Positions 26,656 to 40,471 of a stretch of 64,000 bases of DNA are shown here, piece by piece (the first letter of the stretch is position 1; each line of letters starts with the position of its first letter). The notes under the pieces were generated by a model. That model did no database searches. It was given only the letters and a program-made list of their open reading frames with translations, and was not told where the DNA came from. The stretch is from the NCBI GenBank assembly GCA_030390025.1, contig CM059431.1:153762001-153826000 (forward strand), read 5' to 3'. Position numbers and translations under genes: made by a program. This DNA is from Squalus acanthias. Taxonomy: Eukaryota.

Positions 26656-29600
26656 TGTCAGAGATTATTCTGTGCAAACCAACGATATAAGCAGTATATT
26701 ACGCTGTAATATTTTTACTTCAGTAGACAATCTGAAATTAATGTCCTGTCTCAGTGATTTGAAATACTGTTCTGTCATATCTCTGTTAAATTAATTTTTC
26801 ATGAATTGTCAATGCATGCATTCATAATAAGAGAACAGTACCTCATGGACGAACCGTGCTTTTTTAATAGCTGCCTTCTGTGCCCAAGTATCGTCAGCTG
26901 GTTCATCTATGACCTTCCTTCAAAAGGTCAGAGTTGGGGCTAGTCGCTAATAATTGCACAATGTTTAGTTCCGTTCGCAATTCCTCAGAAAATTAAGCAG
27001 TCCATGCCAGCACGCAGCATGACCCGGACAACATCCAGGTTTGGGGCGATAAGTGACAGGTAATAGTTATGCCACGTAAGTTTCAGGTGCTGGCTACATG
27101 CAACTAGAGAAAGTCTAACCCATTACCATTGACATTCAATGGCTTTACCATCGGCGTTCTACCACCATGTGTGTCCCGGTGATCAGCACTAAAATCAGCT
27201 CTGAGAATTTAAAGCCAAACCTCTTGCAGTTAACGTTATTCCAGTAGTCAAGCCCCTCGAAATGAGTAATTGAATAAGACAAAACATGCAGCGCAAGCAA
27301 CACACATCATCATTACAGTCCAATGGACAACCAGGTGCTAAGTCAAAACTGTTATAATCACATAATTCAAATCTCATGTGAATAACTGACACATACGAAC
27401 TTAACAGTACGACATTTCCTACGATCACGGCCGAGATGCTCTTCCCATTCTCCATCAAAACGGCCGAGCCTTTCGAATTGGATTGAGCAATTGCCGGTGG
27501 CGCGGACTGAACAATTTCTGCTGAACATATCCAATTGGTTTCTTCCATTCTACTTGTTGGTAAGTCCCACCCCCACCTCGGCCCAAAACTCAGGGACGTC
27601 AACACTCCTAGCATCTCCCGAGGCCACATCCTCTCACTTCAGTAATGCCATAATGTCGCATTTCATAAAATAAACCCCAGTCTAATCGATGATGTTTATC
27701 TGCTCCCTTTCTCCAATACGTCCTCACTAATGTAACACAAATGTAAAGAGACATAGTACTGTGAATAAAGCTGGGAGGTTCAAGGTACAGTTTGTCTGAG
27801 GGTATGATGTAATGATTTGATCGATGTGGGTTATAAAAGGGCAGGATTGGGAGATTAATTGTGCCCTGTTACCTGAAGATCATGTTAACTTAAGTTGTAT
27901 GCAAATAGGGAGCATTCATTAATAACAGTTTCAGTTGCAGAATTGGATCTTCAGGAATGATATTATGAATTATTCAATATAGAAATCTCTAAGTTTGGGG
28001 TAACATCATCATAACATGACTCTTTGTTATAAGGCGATCGTTTTCTTACACAAAATAATGGAAAAGTGATGGAAGAAGAGTTATATAGACAAATTGGAGA
28101 TAATGCAGCAATGACAGTAACAGTGATTGGTGACTGTAAATATTCAAAGTACAGATGTAATCTAACTGGGGAAGGGAGGCCTTGGTGTTTAAAGCTTGTG
28201 TAGGACATTATTCAGCTGGCTAAAATTTTGGACGACAGGAAAGGATTGAGCATTTCATTCATTTCTAGAAATGGGCAGGGGCTAGTCTGTGAGGTAAAGG
28301 TAGTGAAACATCTACCAATGTTATCGTTTATATGTTCATATGTTAGTATTCATATGAATTATAAAATGTTTCGTTACAATCAAACAATAATTATGTTAAA
28401 GGAATAAATCTAATGTCAACGAGGCTGACGTATTAGCGCAGTTATATTGAGGCGGATATTATCAAATAATATCGTGGGTAGGAAATAAGAAGATAGACAA
28501 TATAGGATTCCCATACAAGATACAGAAATCACACGGGGAATGAAAGCAGTGCAGGACAGTCAATAATTACTTGAGCTTGCAGAGATAATGAAATAAACAA
28601 TAGATTTAAAATTGAATGTACGAGTGTTTGGCTAGTTATATAAAACAAATGAAGGAAGCCTGGGTAATATAGTGAACATTTAATCGATGAATCAGTGGCC
28701 GGTGACAGAGTTCGAGACAATGATCATATGCCAAAGACACTTCAATGAAAAAAGTTAAACAAAGAGAAGAGCTGTGTAGAGATGAAATGGGAATGGTTCA
28801 TATAGAGGACGTAGGATTCACTGAAAAGCTATTGGTACTGTTTCGATGAATTAACGTGATACTTGGAATGAATGAAAAACTCATTGAAGTCAATGGAAAT
28901 GAAAGTCAGACGAGAGTAAAACTGGGATGCAAATTCGCTTCAGCGCGTTTGACCCAATTGGCCAACACCGGCCAACACCTTGTGACCAATTTTTATGGGT
29001 GTCAACTTGTGCAATCTGAGTTTCTAAAAATCTAACTGTGAGCTTTGAAAAATATTAAGTTGCTCCACTACCAATAATTATTGGTTTTGATCATATCCTC
29101 TATCTGTAACCGTACCTTTGTGCTTTGATTTTCCACTTTACCCTTTTCCATCAATCAGTTCCTGGTTATAATGAGAGAAAGACCAGTTGCCCTGGGTGTC
29201 TCAAAGCTGCTACTTTCTATCTCAGTAACCTCTTCCAATCCTACAACCTGTCAAGATCCAGGCGCTGGTCCAATTCTTACCTCTTGTGCATTCCCCATTT
29301 CCATCGCTCCACCATTAAAGGCCTTGCCTTAAGCGGTTTAGACCCTAAGCTCCTGAATTCCCTCCCCAAACCACTATGAATCTCTAACTCTCTCTTCTCT
29401 TAGACTCTCTTTAAATCTACTCTCTGACCAAGCTTTGGTCACCTGTCCTAATATCTTCCTCTGATGCTTGGTGTTACATTTTGTTTGATAACACTCCCTT
29501 TGCCACGCTTTGGGACGTTTTACTACGCTAGTTGTTGTTGTTTCTACTTAATTATCATTGCAGGCGCTCCTCCTGTCTGACAAATGGCATATCTTCCATT

Positions 29601-29794
29601 TATTCGCTTATGGAATGTTGGCGTCGCTGGCAAGGACAGCATTTATTGACCATCCCTTAATTGTTTTCTGCATTAACTCCCAATTCTGAGCGTTTAATCT
29701 CTCTCCTAAGGAAAGCTAGAAATAGAAAAGACGCTTCCTTTCCGAGTTTGTACATTACTTCTCTATGTATGATTGCAATATACATTCTTGTTAG

Positions 29795-29993
29795 GAAATC
29801 AGAAACCTAGCTGAATGTCACCGCAGAAGCGATGCATCACAACTTATTTTCGATTCCGTGCTGGAAAAGGGAGCTCGGGGAGAAAGAACAATGTGGAACA
29901 TATTGCTTCAACTGCAGAACACCAAACCCAAGCTGAAAATGACATTGTCAGAGATGCAGAATAGAAGTACAGAGGGAGAAAGTGATCTAGAAG
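29795..29993 (+). CDS. CARD-like exon B copy 5
   Basis: Open, canonical ag/gt; shares SEMQNR with copy 2. Confidence 0.8.
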
Positions 29994-31060
29994 GTTAGTG
30001 CTATCCAAATCTAATTTTCCGTTAGAATAACAAAGTTTCATTTAAGGTGAGAATTTTATTTTATTCTTTTAAGGGATGTGGGCGTCACTGGCAAGGCCAG
30101 CATACATTGTCCATCCCTCGTTGCACTTTCGAAACTGTTGGGTAGCCACTTTCTGAAAAGCAGCAGTCGATGTGGTGAAGGTACTCCCACAATACTGTTG
30201 GGGAAGGAGTGCCATGAGTTTGACACAGCGACAATGAAGGAAACGCGATATACTTTAAAGTTAGGAATGGTGTGTGAGTTGGAGGGGAAAATGGAAGTAG
30301 TGGTGTTCCCAGGCGCCTGCTGCTCTTGTCCTTCTCGGCGGTAGATCTCGTGGATTTGGGAGGTGCCGTCGAAGAAGAGTTGAATGAGTTGCCGCAGTGC
30401 ATCTTGCAGATGTAACACTCTGCAGCCACGGTGTGGCAGTGGGGAAGGGACTGAATGGTACAAATTGATTCATGCTTGTATGGGTTTTATACTCGATTTC
30501 TTAAATGAACTTTGGCACTGCGTTATCATATGCAGCTTGGACAGCGACCTCTATTCCTGTTCAAATTCAGCCTTAGTTCCACGGTTCCGTGATGCCCACA
30601 TTAACTGACCTACTTTGATATCTTGTCCCATATTTATCAATTGTGAAATGCTGCTGCTCATCCTAAAAGCCCTCCCCAACTTTATCTCTAAAGTCGTCTT
30701 CACATCGCCTCTTTTACACTTCTGTCCGTCGTCTCCCCTTGCTGTAATCTCCAGTGTACCAGTTCATCTGCTCCGGACTCCAGACATAGAACGCATTCAC
30801 ACCGACTGGAACTCTGTTCCTATGAGCTTCCATCTCTGTACGTCTTACTTATGTTAAGCATCGACCACATGTTGCAAGGCCTGGTTCGTTTTCTTAACTC
30901 CAGCAAAGCCAGTCTGCGTTAATTCTGACTTCAACCTGTGTAAGGCTCCACGGGCAGTGTCACTGCTAAACAACTGCTGTCGCGATAGCAGTTAGTTCAG
31001 AGTATTCACTGTTTCATAGCGGAAATTTATGTCAATCTGTTCTCATTTACACCTTCAAAT

Positions 31061-31230
31061 AAAATGCAGTTTCTGAACTATCACTAACGTTGGCGAGCTA
31101 CACGGATTTTCAGCTGCGCAGAGTTATCGTTTGCTACCGGCAGAGAATAGAACAGTCAATTGAAGAATTCGTGGAGGCCGTTAGTCAGTCGCTTGCAGAT
31201 ACAAACGTAATTACTAAAACAGATCATAAG
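31061..31230 (+). CDS. CARD-like exon A copy 5; canonical acceptor mutated
   Basis: Open (ORF 31090-31284 ASYTDFQLRRVIVCYRQRIEQSIEEFVEAVSQSL); acceptor caaat; in-frame CAG at 31067-31069. Confidence 0.7.
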
Positions 31231-34200
31231 GTATGTTTCATATATGTTCCAATCGTATGTGTGTTAAATGAGTCAAACTATTGACTGTTTAGACAGACTG
31301 TGTTTGCTGCAACCCACCTATATTAGCGGTACTTTACGCTGCACTTTATTAACTGAAGTGCCAGTGTAATCAACATTTGAAGTACCCTTCAGAGATATCT
31401 CTCAGTTAATTTATTTTTTCAGGAATTTTCATTGAATGTATTCATAATAAGAGAAGTTTCTCATGAACAAACCATGATTTTTTAAAGGTAGCCTTCTTGG
31501 CCCAATTATCGTCAACTACAATAATCTTCCTTCAAAAGCTCAGAGTTGGGGCTGTTCGCTGATGATTGTACGGTGTTTAGTTCCTTTCGCAAATCCTCAG
31601 AAAATGAAGCAGTCGATGCCCACACGCAGCATGACCTAGACAACATCCATATTTCGACCGATAAGGGGCAGCTAACATTTATGAAGGGTAGTACCAGGTA
31701 CTGGCTACCTACAGCTAGAGAAAGCCTAACCAATTGTCGTTGACATTCAATGGCTTTACCATCGGATTTCTAAAAACCATGAGTATCCCGGCATCACCAG
31801 TAAAACCAGCTCTGAGATTTCACTGCCAAAATTTTTGCAGTTAACGTAATTCCAGTTGCCAAGCCCCTCGAAATGTGTAATTGAATAAGACACAATGTGC
31901 AGCCTCAGCATCATTTATCCTCATTACAGCCCCAATGGACAACCTGGAGATAGATCAAAACTGTAATAACCACATAAATCAAATCGCATGTGAATAAGTT
32001 AACTGACACATACGAACTTAACAGTATGAATTTCCCTACGATCACGGCCGAGATTTTGCGCCCATTCTTCATCAAAACGGCCGAGAATTTCCAATTGGAT
32101 TGAGCCATTGCCGGTGGTGCGGATTTAAACAATTTCTGCTGAACATGTCCAATTCGTTTCTTCTATTCTACTTCTTGCAAAGTCCCGACCCTACATTGCT
32201 CCAATGCTCAGGGACATCAACAAACCCGTCCTCGACCGAGCCCACATCCTCTCAACTCATGAATGCCATAATATCCCATTTCTTAAAGAAATCTAGACTA
32301 ATCTATGATGTTTATCTGCTCCCTTTCTCCAATAGCTCCTCACTTATGTAACACACATGTAATGAAACATAATACTGTGAATAAAGCTTGTGAGTTCAAT
32401 GAACAGTTTGTCTGAGGGTATGACATAATGATTTGATCAATGTGGCTTATATAAGGGCAGGATTGGCAAATGAAGTGCCCTGTTATCAGCAGATCATGGT
32501 AACTTAAGTTTAATGCAAATAGGGAGCAGTCATTAATAACAGATTCATTTGACGTATTGGAACTTCAGGACTGATATAAGAAATGATTCAAAATATAAAT
32601 CTATAAGTTTGGGGTAACACAATAATAATGGAACATTTTGTTTATAAGGCGTTCGTTATCTTACACCATACAGTGGAAAAGGAATAGAGGAAGAGTTATA
32701 TAGACAACTTGGAGGAAATGCAGCAATAACAATAACGGTGATTGGTGACTTTAAGTATCCCAAAAACAGAAGTAACATAAGTGGGGAAGGGAGGCCAGGC
32801 GTCTGAAGCTTTACCTGGACATTATTCATTTTATGACAATAAGAAAGGATTGAGCATTTGATCCATTTCTAAAAATTGACAGCGGCTACTCAGTGAGCTA
32901 AGTCTAGTGAAACATTCACCAATTATATCGTTAGTATTCATATGAATTAGAAGATGTTTCGTTAAAATCAAAACAATAAATTTGTTACAGGAAAATATCT
33001 AATTTCAACGAGGCTAACATATTAGCTCAGTTATATTGAGGCAGATATGATCAGATAAAATGGTGGTGAGGCAATATAAAGATAGCCAGTAGAAGTTTTA
33101 CGTACAAGATACACAGAGCACAAGTGAATGAAAGGAATGCAGCCCAAACTAGAATTACTTGGGCGTGCATAGAAAATGAAATAAAGAGCAGATTTTACAA
33201 TTGAATGTAGGATTGTAGGGCTAGTTATATAAAACAAATGAAGAACGCCTTGGTAATATAATGAATATATAATGGATGAATGAGTGGCCGGTGACAGAGT
33301 TCAGATAATGATCACATTCCGTTTAAACTGCAAAGAAAATATTTACACAAATAACAGAGCTGCTTAGAGATGAAAAAGGAATGGTTCATATAGATGACGA
33401 TGGATTAACTGAAAACTATTAGTACCGTTTCGATGAATGAAGGTTAAACTTGGAATGAGTGAAAAACTCATTGAAGTAAATTGTAAAGAAAGTTATACGC
33501 GAGTAAAACGGGCCGCCGATTCGCTTCAGAGCGTTTGACCCAGGTGGCCAACACTGGCCAACACCTTGTGACCCATTATTTATGGTTGCCAACTTGTGCA
33601 ATCTGAGTTTTACAAACCAAGCTGTGAGCTTTCAAAACGATTATTGCCCTTAACAAAGAATAATTATTGGTTTTGATCGTATCCTATACCTGTAATCTTA
33701 AATTTGTGATTTTATTTAGCAATTTACCCTTTTCCATCAATCAGTTGCTGGTTATAATGAAAGAAAGTCCAGTCGCCCTGGGTGTCTCAAAACTGTTCCT
33801 TTCTATCTTTATAACCTCTTCGGATCCTACAACCTGTCGAGATCCAGGCGCTGGTCCAGTTCTGGCATCTTGTGCATCCCCCATTTTCATCGTTGCACCA
33901 TTGGTGGCCTTGCCTTCAGCGGATTAGTCCCTAAGCTCTGGAATTCTCTCCCGAAACTACTATGAATCTCTAGCTCTCTCTTCTCTAAGACTCACTTTAA
34001 ATCTACTCTGTGACCAATCTTTGGTCACCTGTCCTAATATCATCCTCTGATGCTTTATGTTACATTTTGTTTGATGACACTCCCTTTGCAAGGGTTGGGA
34101 CGTTTTACTACGCTAGTTTTTGTTGTATCTAATTAATTCTCATTGCAGGCACGCCTCCTGTCTGACTAATGGCGTATTTTCCTTTTATTCGCTTATGGGA

Positions 34201-34379
34201 TCTGGGCGTCGTTGGCAAGGACAGCAATTCTTGATCATTCCTTAATTGTTTTCTGCATCAACTCCCGATTCTGAGCTTTTCAACACTCTCCTAAGGAAAG
34301 CTAGAAATAGAAAAGACGTTTCTTATCAGAGTTTGTACATTAATTCTTTATATATGATTGCAATATACATTCTTGTTAG

Positions 34380-34578
34380 AAAATCAGATCCCTAGCTGAA
34401 TGTCACCTCAGAAGCGATGCATCCCAACTAATTTTCGATCACGTGCTGGAAAAGGGAGCCCCTGGAGAAAGGCAAATGTGGACCATATTGCTTCAACTGC
34501 AGAACACCAAACCCAAGCTGAAAATGACATTGTCAGAGATACAGAATAGATGTACAGAGGGAGAAAGTGATCTCGAAG
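34380..34578 (+). CDS. CARD-like exon B copy 6, last before NACHT
   Basis: Open: KIRSLAECHLRSDASQLIFDHVLEKGAPGERQMWTILLQLQ...; phase-1 donor matches the NACHT exon acceptor. Confidence 0.82.
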
Positions 34579-34634
34579 GTTGGTGGTATCCAATCTAAGT
34601 TTTATTCGTTTCTGATATGTGAGCGTCGCTGCAA

Positions 34635-36190
34635 TTGGGGGAGGAGATAGCAGAAGAGCTTGCCATAAGTTTCCAATCTTCGCTAGATTCGGGGGAGGTG
34701 CCTGAGGATTGGAAAGTGGCAAATGTGACACCATTGTTCAAGAAAGGGTGTAAGGACAATCCTGGTATCTACAGGCCGGTCAGTTTAAGATCAGTGGTGG
34801 GTTCAGTTTTAGAAACAATAAACAAGGAAAAAATTAACGGTCACTTGGGGAGATTTAAGCTAATTAAGGTGAACCAGCACATGATTTATAAAAGGCAGAT
34901 CATGTATGACTAATCTAATTGATTTTTTTGTTGAAGTAACAGGGAGGATTGATGAAGGGAATGCAAAAAATGTAGTCTACATTAATTTGTGGAAGGCTTT
35001 TGAAAAGGTATCACATAATGGACTGGTTAACAAAATTGTTCCTCATAGATTAGGTTGGTCAGTGGCAGCTTGGACAAGGATTTGGCTTAAGGACAGAAAA
35101 CTGCGATTTGTAGTAAATGGCTGTTTTTCAGACTGTAGGATGGTAGACAGTGGTATTTCCCAAGGTTTCAGTGCTGGGGCCACTGCATGTTTTGATATAT
35201 ATATATTTATATATATATATATATATATATATAAATGACGTGCATATTGGAATACAGAGTAGAATTTCTAAATTTGCCGAATACACCAAACTTGGCGTGA
35301 GGCAAACAATTAGGATGATGCCAATCGACTGCAACATGAGATAGTTAGGCTAGCAGAATGGGCAGAGAAGTGGCAGATGGAATTTAATACAGAGAATTGT
35401 GAGGTGATGCATTTTGTTAGAAGGAAGAGGGAGAGGCAATATCCAATTAATAACACTGTTTTAAAGAGTGTGCAGGACAGGGAGCTGGGAGGTAATGCAC
35501 ATAGGTCCCTGAAGTTGGCAGGAGATATTGAGAGATTGGTTCGCAAAGCATATGGGATCTTGGGGCTTCATAAATAGAGGTACTGAGTACAAAAGTAGAG
35601 AAGTTATACTGAACCTTTATAAAGCGCTGGTTAGGCCACAACTGGAGTATTGCGTCCAGACGCCGTCACCACACTTTAGGAAGGACATGAAGGTCCTTGA
35701 AGGGGTACAGAGGACATTTGCCACAATGGTTCCGGGTACGGAGAATCTTAGGTACAAGGACAGGTTGGAGAAGTTGGATTTGTTTTCATGAGAGCAAAGG
35801 AGGTTGAGGGGTGATTTAATAGATGTGTGTAAGATCATGACGGGTTTGGATAGGCTAGACGAGGAAAGGAATCTCTCACTAGTTGAAGGTACAAGTACAA
35901 GGGGACACAAATATAATGTTTTAGGCAAGATATACAGGGGGTGGGGGTGTGAGTAAAAACATTTTTACGCAGCGAATGGTGAGGACCTGAAACTCGCTGT
36001 CGATGAAGTGGTGGAAGCGGACACGCACAATGTTTTCAAGGGGAGACTGGATAGGTACTTCAGGCAAATAAACTTGCAGTGTTACGGGGATAGAGCGGGG
36101 GAATGGACTGCTCGATTGCTCTACAGAGAGCCGGCACTGACTCGATGGGCCGAATGGCCTCCTTCTGTGCCGTTATGACTCTGACTCTGT
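34635..36190 (+). mobile_element. Degenerate 5'-truncated CR1 LINE (RT region) with internal (TA)n
   Basis: VPEDWKVANVTPLFKKG, YRPVSL, LVRPQLEYCV fragments; (TA)n at ~35196-35233. Confidence 0.9.
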
Positions 36191-36536
36191 GACATAAAAT
36201 ACCAGTAATTTACCAAGATTTACTTTTGCAATTGATTTTGAAGTTTTAAAATCTTCATTACAAGAAGTTCAAAATCCAACAGCAAACACCCCACAAACCT
36301 GAAACTTGCTTCATGAACTATTTTTCTGTTACTTCAGAAATTCTATCAGTTTTTTTATATCAATGAGTGTCTAGGCATTAAACTGTAGAAAGTAAATACG
36401 GGATTACTCATTGCTGAGAAACTTTTCGCATTTTTTAAATTTCCTTGACGATAGGTTTCTCCTTCATAACACTGATCTGTTAAATATTTTTCTCCTTATT
36501 ACAATGACTACACCAATGACGTTGTTCGTATTCAAG

Positions 36537-38256
36537 AGATAGAATTAAAGCACAAAGACACTCTCCGCAAACAGAATGAGAAAATAACAGTCAAAACCAC
36601 TGTAGGAAAAGAAAGATCTCGAAGATGTTTTCTGGATGAAAAGTATGCTGATGTAACGATTGTTGCTTCCCTGCATGAGCGGAGACTGGCAGAAAATGAA
36701 CTGAAAGCCCGAGGTAGAGAGCGTGAAGAATTACAGAGGAAAAACATCGAGAATGAGCTGGAAGAGATTCAGCTGGATCAGTTGCTGAGTTTCGCTAAAA
36801 CAGGCAATTCTGGGACAACCGTGGTAATTGGGTCCTCGGGGATTGGGAAAAGCACCATGATACAGAAGATAATCCGGGATTGGGCCGCAGGGAAAATATA
36901 CAAACAGTTTAAAGTTGTCTTTCCTTTTAAGGTTCGACAATTGAATTTAATAAATGGAAAAACATGTCTAAATAGCCTGATCCTGGATTCCTACCCTGAT
37001 TTCGAAAATGAGTTGAAACTTGTGTGGAAAGAACCCGGAAACATATTATTTATATTTGATGATTTAGACCAATTTGAACCAACCATTGATTTCACCGATA
37101 TTCCGAGAAACAACGACCCCCAATATCAGTGTTTCGATCCCGAGGGCTGCAATGAAGTGTCAGACATCGTGCGCTGCCTCATACAGGGACATTTACTGAA
37201 AGGCTGTTCAGTGCTGATCACAAGCCGGCCGTGGAAACTGGAGTCTCTGGGAAAGGCAAATATAATTCCAACGGTCGAAGTTCTGGGTTTCAAATCTGAG
37301 AAAATAAAACAATACTTCGACCGTTATTTTGGAGATGGCCATTTTTCCACAGATGTAATCAAGTACATTGAGCAGAATGAGACATTGTACACCATGTGCT
37401 ATAACCCTCTGTACTGCTCGGTCCTCGCTTCATTATTAGAGTCACACCGGACAGAAGGAGCGCAGGAGAGAGCATTGTCCGTCACAACCAGCACAAAGGT
37501 ATTCTCCGCTTACGTCACAAGACTTCTAGAGAGATGCGGCTGTGACGCGGAAACTTCTTGCGACATGTGGCTGAAATTGGGCGAGTTAGCGTACCAGGGA
37601 GTTTGCAACAAAACCGTTTTGATTATGACAGACCAGTTCAATCGCCACGTAATCGAACATTCCAATCTTATCTGTGCGCTTATGATGGAGATTCCAGACA
37701 AAGACATGTGTACTGTTGTCTACACATTCACTCACTCCGTTATGCAGGACTTTGTCGCTGCTCTTGCGAAAAGTCTAAGTACAGCAGGAAATGGACTGAC
37801 ACGATTGCTCGATAACGGATACACGTGCGCTGACGACAGATTTAGGACATTTTCACGGTTTCTCGTTGGTCTCTCCTCACGGCATTCAACTGATCAGCTT
37901 GAGCGGAAATTAGGTACATTTCCTTCTGAAGCAATCCCTTGTGTGTCGGATTGGCTGAAAAAAAATGTCGAAAAACGCGTTACAAACTTAGAAGATGGGC
38001 AAACCCAAAGGACCTTCTTAAAGATATTGGATTATTTCCGTGAATTCGGAGATACAAACCTTAAGATGGCCGCGTTAACACCGATTAAAAAGGCCATTTT
38101 CACACAATGTCGTCTCAAACCTTTTGACTGTGCGATTATTTCAACCACGTTAGTGGCCGTTGAACTCGTAGAAGAGCTGAATCTGGACACTTGCCGGGTT
38201 GAAGATGAAGGGATCCGTCAGCTGGAGCCCATGCTGCACAAATGTAAAATACTCAG
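36537..38256 (+). CDS. NLR core exon: FISNA-like helical region, NACHT NTPase, winged helix/HD2 and first LRR
   Basis: ttcaag|AG ATA GAA in frame with ORF 36782; Walker A GSSGIGKS, Walker B LFIFDDLDQF, sensor VLITSRP, FTHSVMQDFVAAL, ELNLDTCRV; donor CTCAG|gtatt. Confidence 0.92.
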
Positions 38257-38800
38257 GTATTGCGCAGAAATAGTTACATCAACTCTTTCACTGGCATGTG
38301 TGATATTATTATTTCAGTGAAAAGCAAAAACACATTATACATTCGATCAGTTAATGAGCACATTCACGCATTCGCCTCTATATTGTGCTCAATGGAACGG
38401 TAAGAGACGGCGCCGTTGTGTCTGTTCCGGAAATACCTGTAAGTGCTGGAATGCTCATTTAAATAGATCGGTTTGGGTGTTGACAACATCAAATTCGATT
38501 TTAACGCACTCTTCGTACCACATGAGAATCTGGATTAATCAGTGCGATATACTCCCCTCACCTTGACCATCATATATTACATCTCTGTTGGGAATTAAAC
38601 ACAATTTCAAAGAACTTTATAGAACAAAAGGAGGCCATTCGGGCCATCGTGGACATGCCGGGTCTTCCAATCAGTTTTGTAATTAGTCACACTTCCCTGC
38701 TCTGTCCCCATAGCCCTGCAATTAGATACCCTACAAGTATTTAACCAATTCCCTTTCGAAAGTAACTATTGAATCTGCTTCCACTAGCCAGTCAGGCAGT

Positions 38801-39490
38801 ACATAAGAACATAAGAACATAAGAACATAAGAACATAAGAAATAGGAGCAGGAGTAGGCCAATCGGCCCCTCGAGCCTGCTCCGCCATTCAATAAGATCA
38901 TGGCTGATCTGATCCTAACCGCCAATCTACTATCTATCACAGAACCATCTCCTGCATCTAACAGAATTGCACACACGAAATAGGAGCAGAATCAGGCTAC
39001 ACAGTCCCTGGGCCCGCTCCACTACCCACAGGGCCATGACCGATCCGAACCTAGACTCATGTCCAAATTCCTGCCCGCTCCCCGTAACCCTTAATGCCCT
39101 TTACTTCTAGGAAACTGTCTATTTCTGTTTTAAATTTAATTAATGTTGTAGCTTCTACAGCTTTTTGTGGCAGCATATTCCATGGACCTACCACCCTCTG
39201 AGTGAAGTAGTTCCTCCTCATCTCAGTTTTGAAAGAGCAGCCCCTTATTCTAAGACTATGTCCCCGAGTTCTCGTCTCACCCGTCATCGGGAACATCCTA
39301 CCCGCATCCACCCGATCCAACCCCTTCACAATCTTATATGTTTCAATAAGATCGCCTCTCATTCTTCTGAACTCCAATGAGTAGAGTCCCAATCTACCCA
39401 ACCTCTCCTCATATGACCACCCCCTCATCCCCGGGATTAACCGAGTGAACCTTTTTTGCACTGCCTCGAGAGCAAGGATGTCTTTCCTTA
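38801..39490 (-). mobile_element. Young short CR1 copy, near-identical to the 3' part of 19153-20818, nested in an older CR1 3' fragment
   Basis: (CATAAGAA)n tail; same C-terminal peptide ...GYGERAGIWT; about 4 mismatches noticed; possible TSD TACATA. Confidence 0.93.
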
Positions 39491-40471
39491 CATACTAAAC
39501 CATAACAACTCGCTGCATCAAGCAAATTCTCCTCATCTCACCTCTATTTTTTTGTCGTTTAACTTAAAATTGTGTCCTCCATTAACTGATCATCTTGCCA
39601 TAGGCACCTTGTCATTAAGAAAAAAATTGGCTTTGTGTTAAACAATTACAATAAATGTTAAAGAAAACTGTTTTATTTGGCAGTTTGATTAAATTACAAG
39701 TGAGTTATTACCGTCCTGTCAGAAAGTTCCCAATTCCTCGATCATACCGATTTGCCGACTCAATAGCTTGTTGTTGAGCTCAATTATGCCAAGTGAGACA
39801 GTAAGATGTGGGTTCGCTTCTGCGAATCCTAAAACTCTGAGTACACTTCCCAGCGGCACAGTTACGTTAAGGCATCATGAGAGGTAGAGAGGAAAGGAAT
39901 ATGCAACAGAATATCACTCCACCTGTTATTAGGCATAATAGATTGATGTGTTATAATTCCCCTCAGTAGATTGTCCAATAAACTTCTCAGTTAATTCTTC
40001 TTGTTTTGGCATGAAGTGCATTTTTAACCTCAGTGCATTAAAAAGATACTTCTCCTACAATAGAGACAATGTCGGGGGTACGGTCCCTATATTTACCTCA
40101 AATTTATTCTTTTAATAAAGAGAAGCACCCCTGAGAGATATTTGTACTGGATTCCTCTTCGTTACAGACCACCCATTTACAGCATTTAACCTGTCAACTA
40201 CTCAGTAACTACTTTACATGTAACAGTTTTATAACGTGTGGTTAAATTTTGACCTCAGACATTAAAGTAACTTCCGGGTTACTGCTTTTACCACATATGA
40301 TATTTGCAATTAACTTAATGAAAATCACAGAATAGCATTTAAGTTACGGGTCTTATATTAGAGTTTTTATGGTCCAACGTGTCCCACGTTAAATATATCA
40401 CTTATTTGACAACATTTCCTGTCTGCCGCATTAATCCATATTCATTAATCATGTTGTTTATTTGTTTTTAG

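Larger units (their letters stand above)
1..34620 (+). repeat. Tandem array of ~4.6-kb monomers, each carrying two coding exons of a CARD-like module; extends beyond the left window edge
   Basis: Same exon B start recurs at 261, 9590, 14184, 18773, 29795 and 34380; uninterrupted spacings are 4594, 4589 and 4585 nt, and the larger gaps contain CR1 insertions. Confidence 0.95.

Noticed and set aside
35196..35233. (TA)n tract
   Set aside because: Ordinary microsatellite expansion within a dead CR1
38257..38320. Hydrophobic C-terminus of ORF 36782-38320 as a TM segment
   Set aside because: It is read-through into the intron beyond the donor at 38256
38801..38840. (CATAAGAA)n as a CRISPR-like array
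   Set aside because: No spacers; it is the CR1 3' tail
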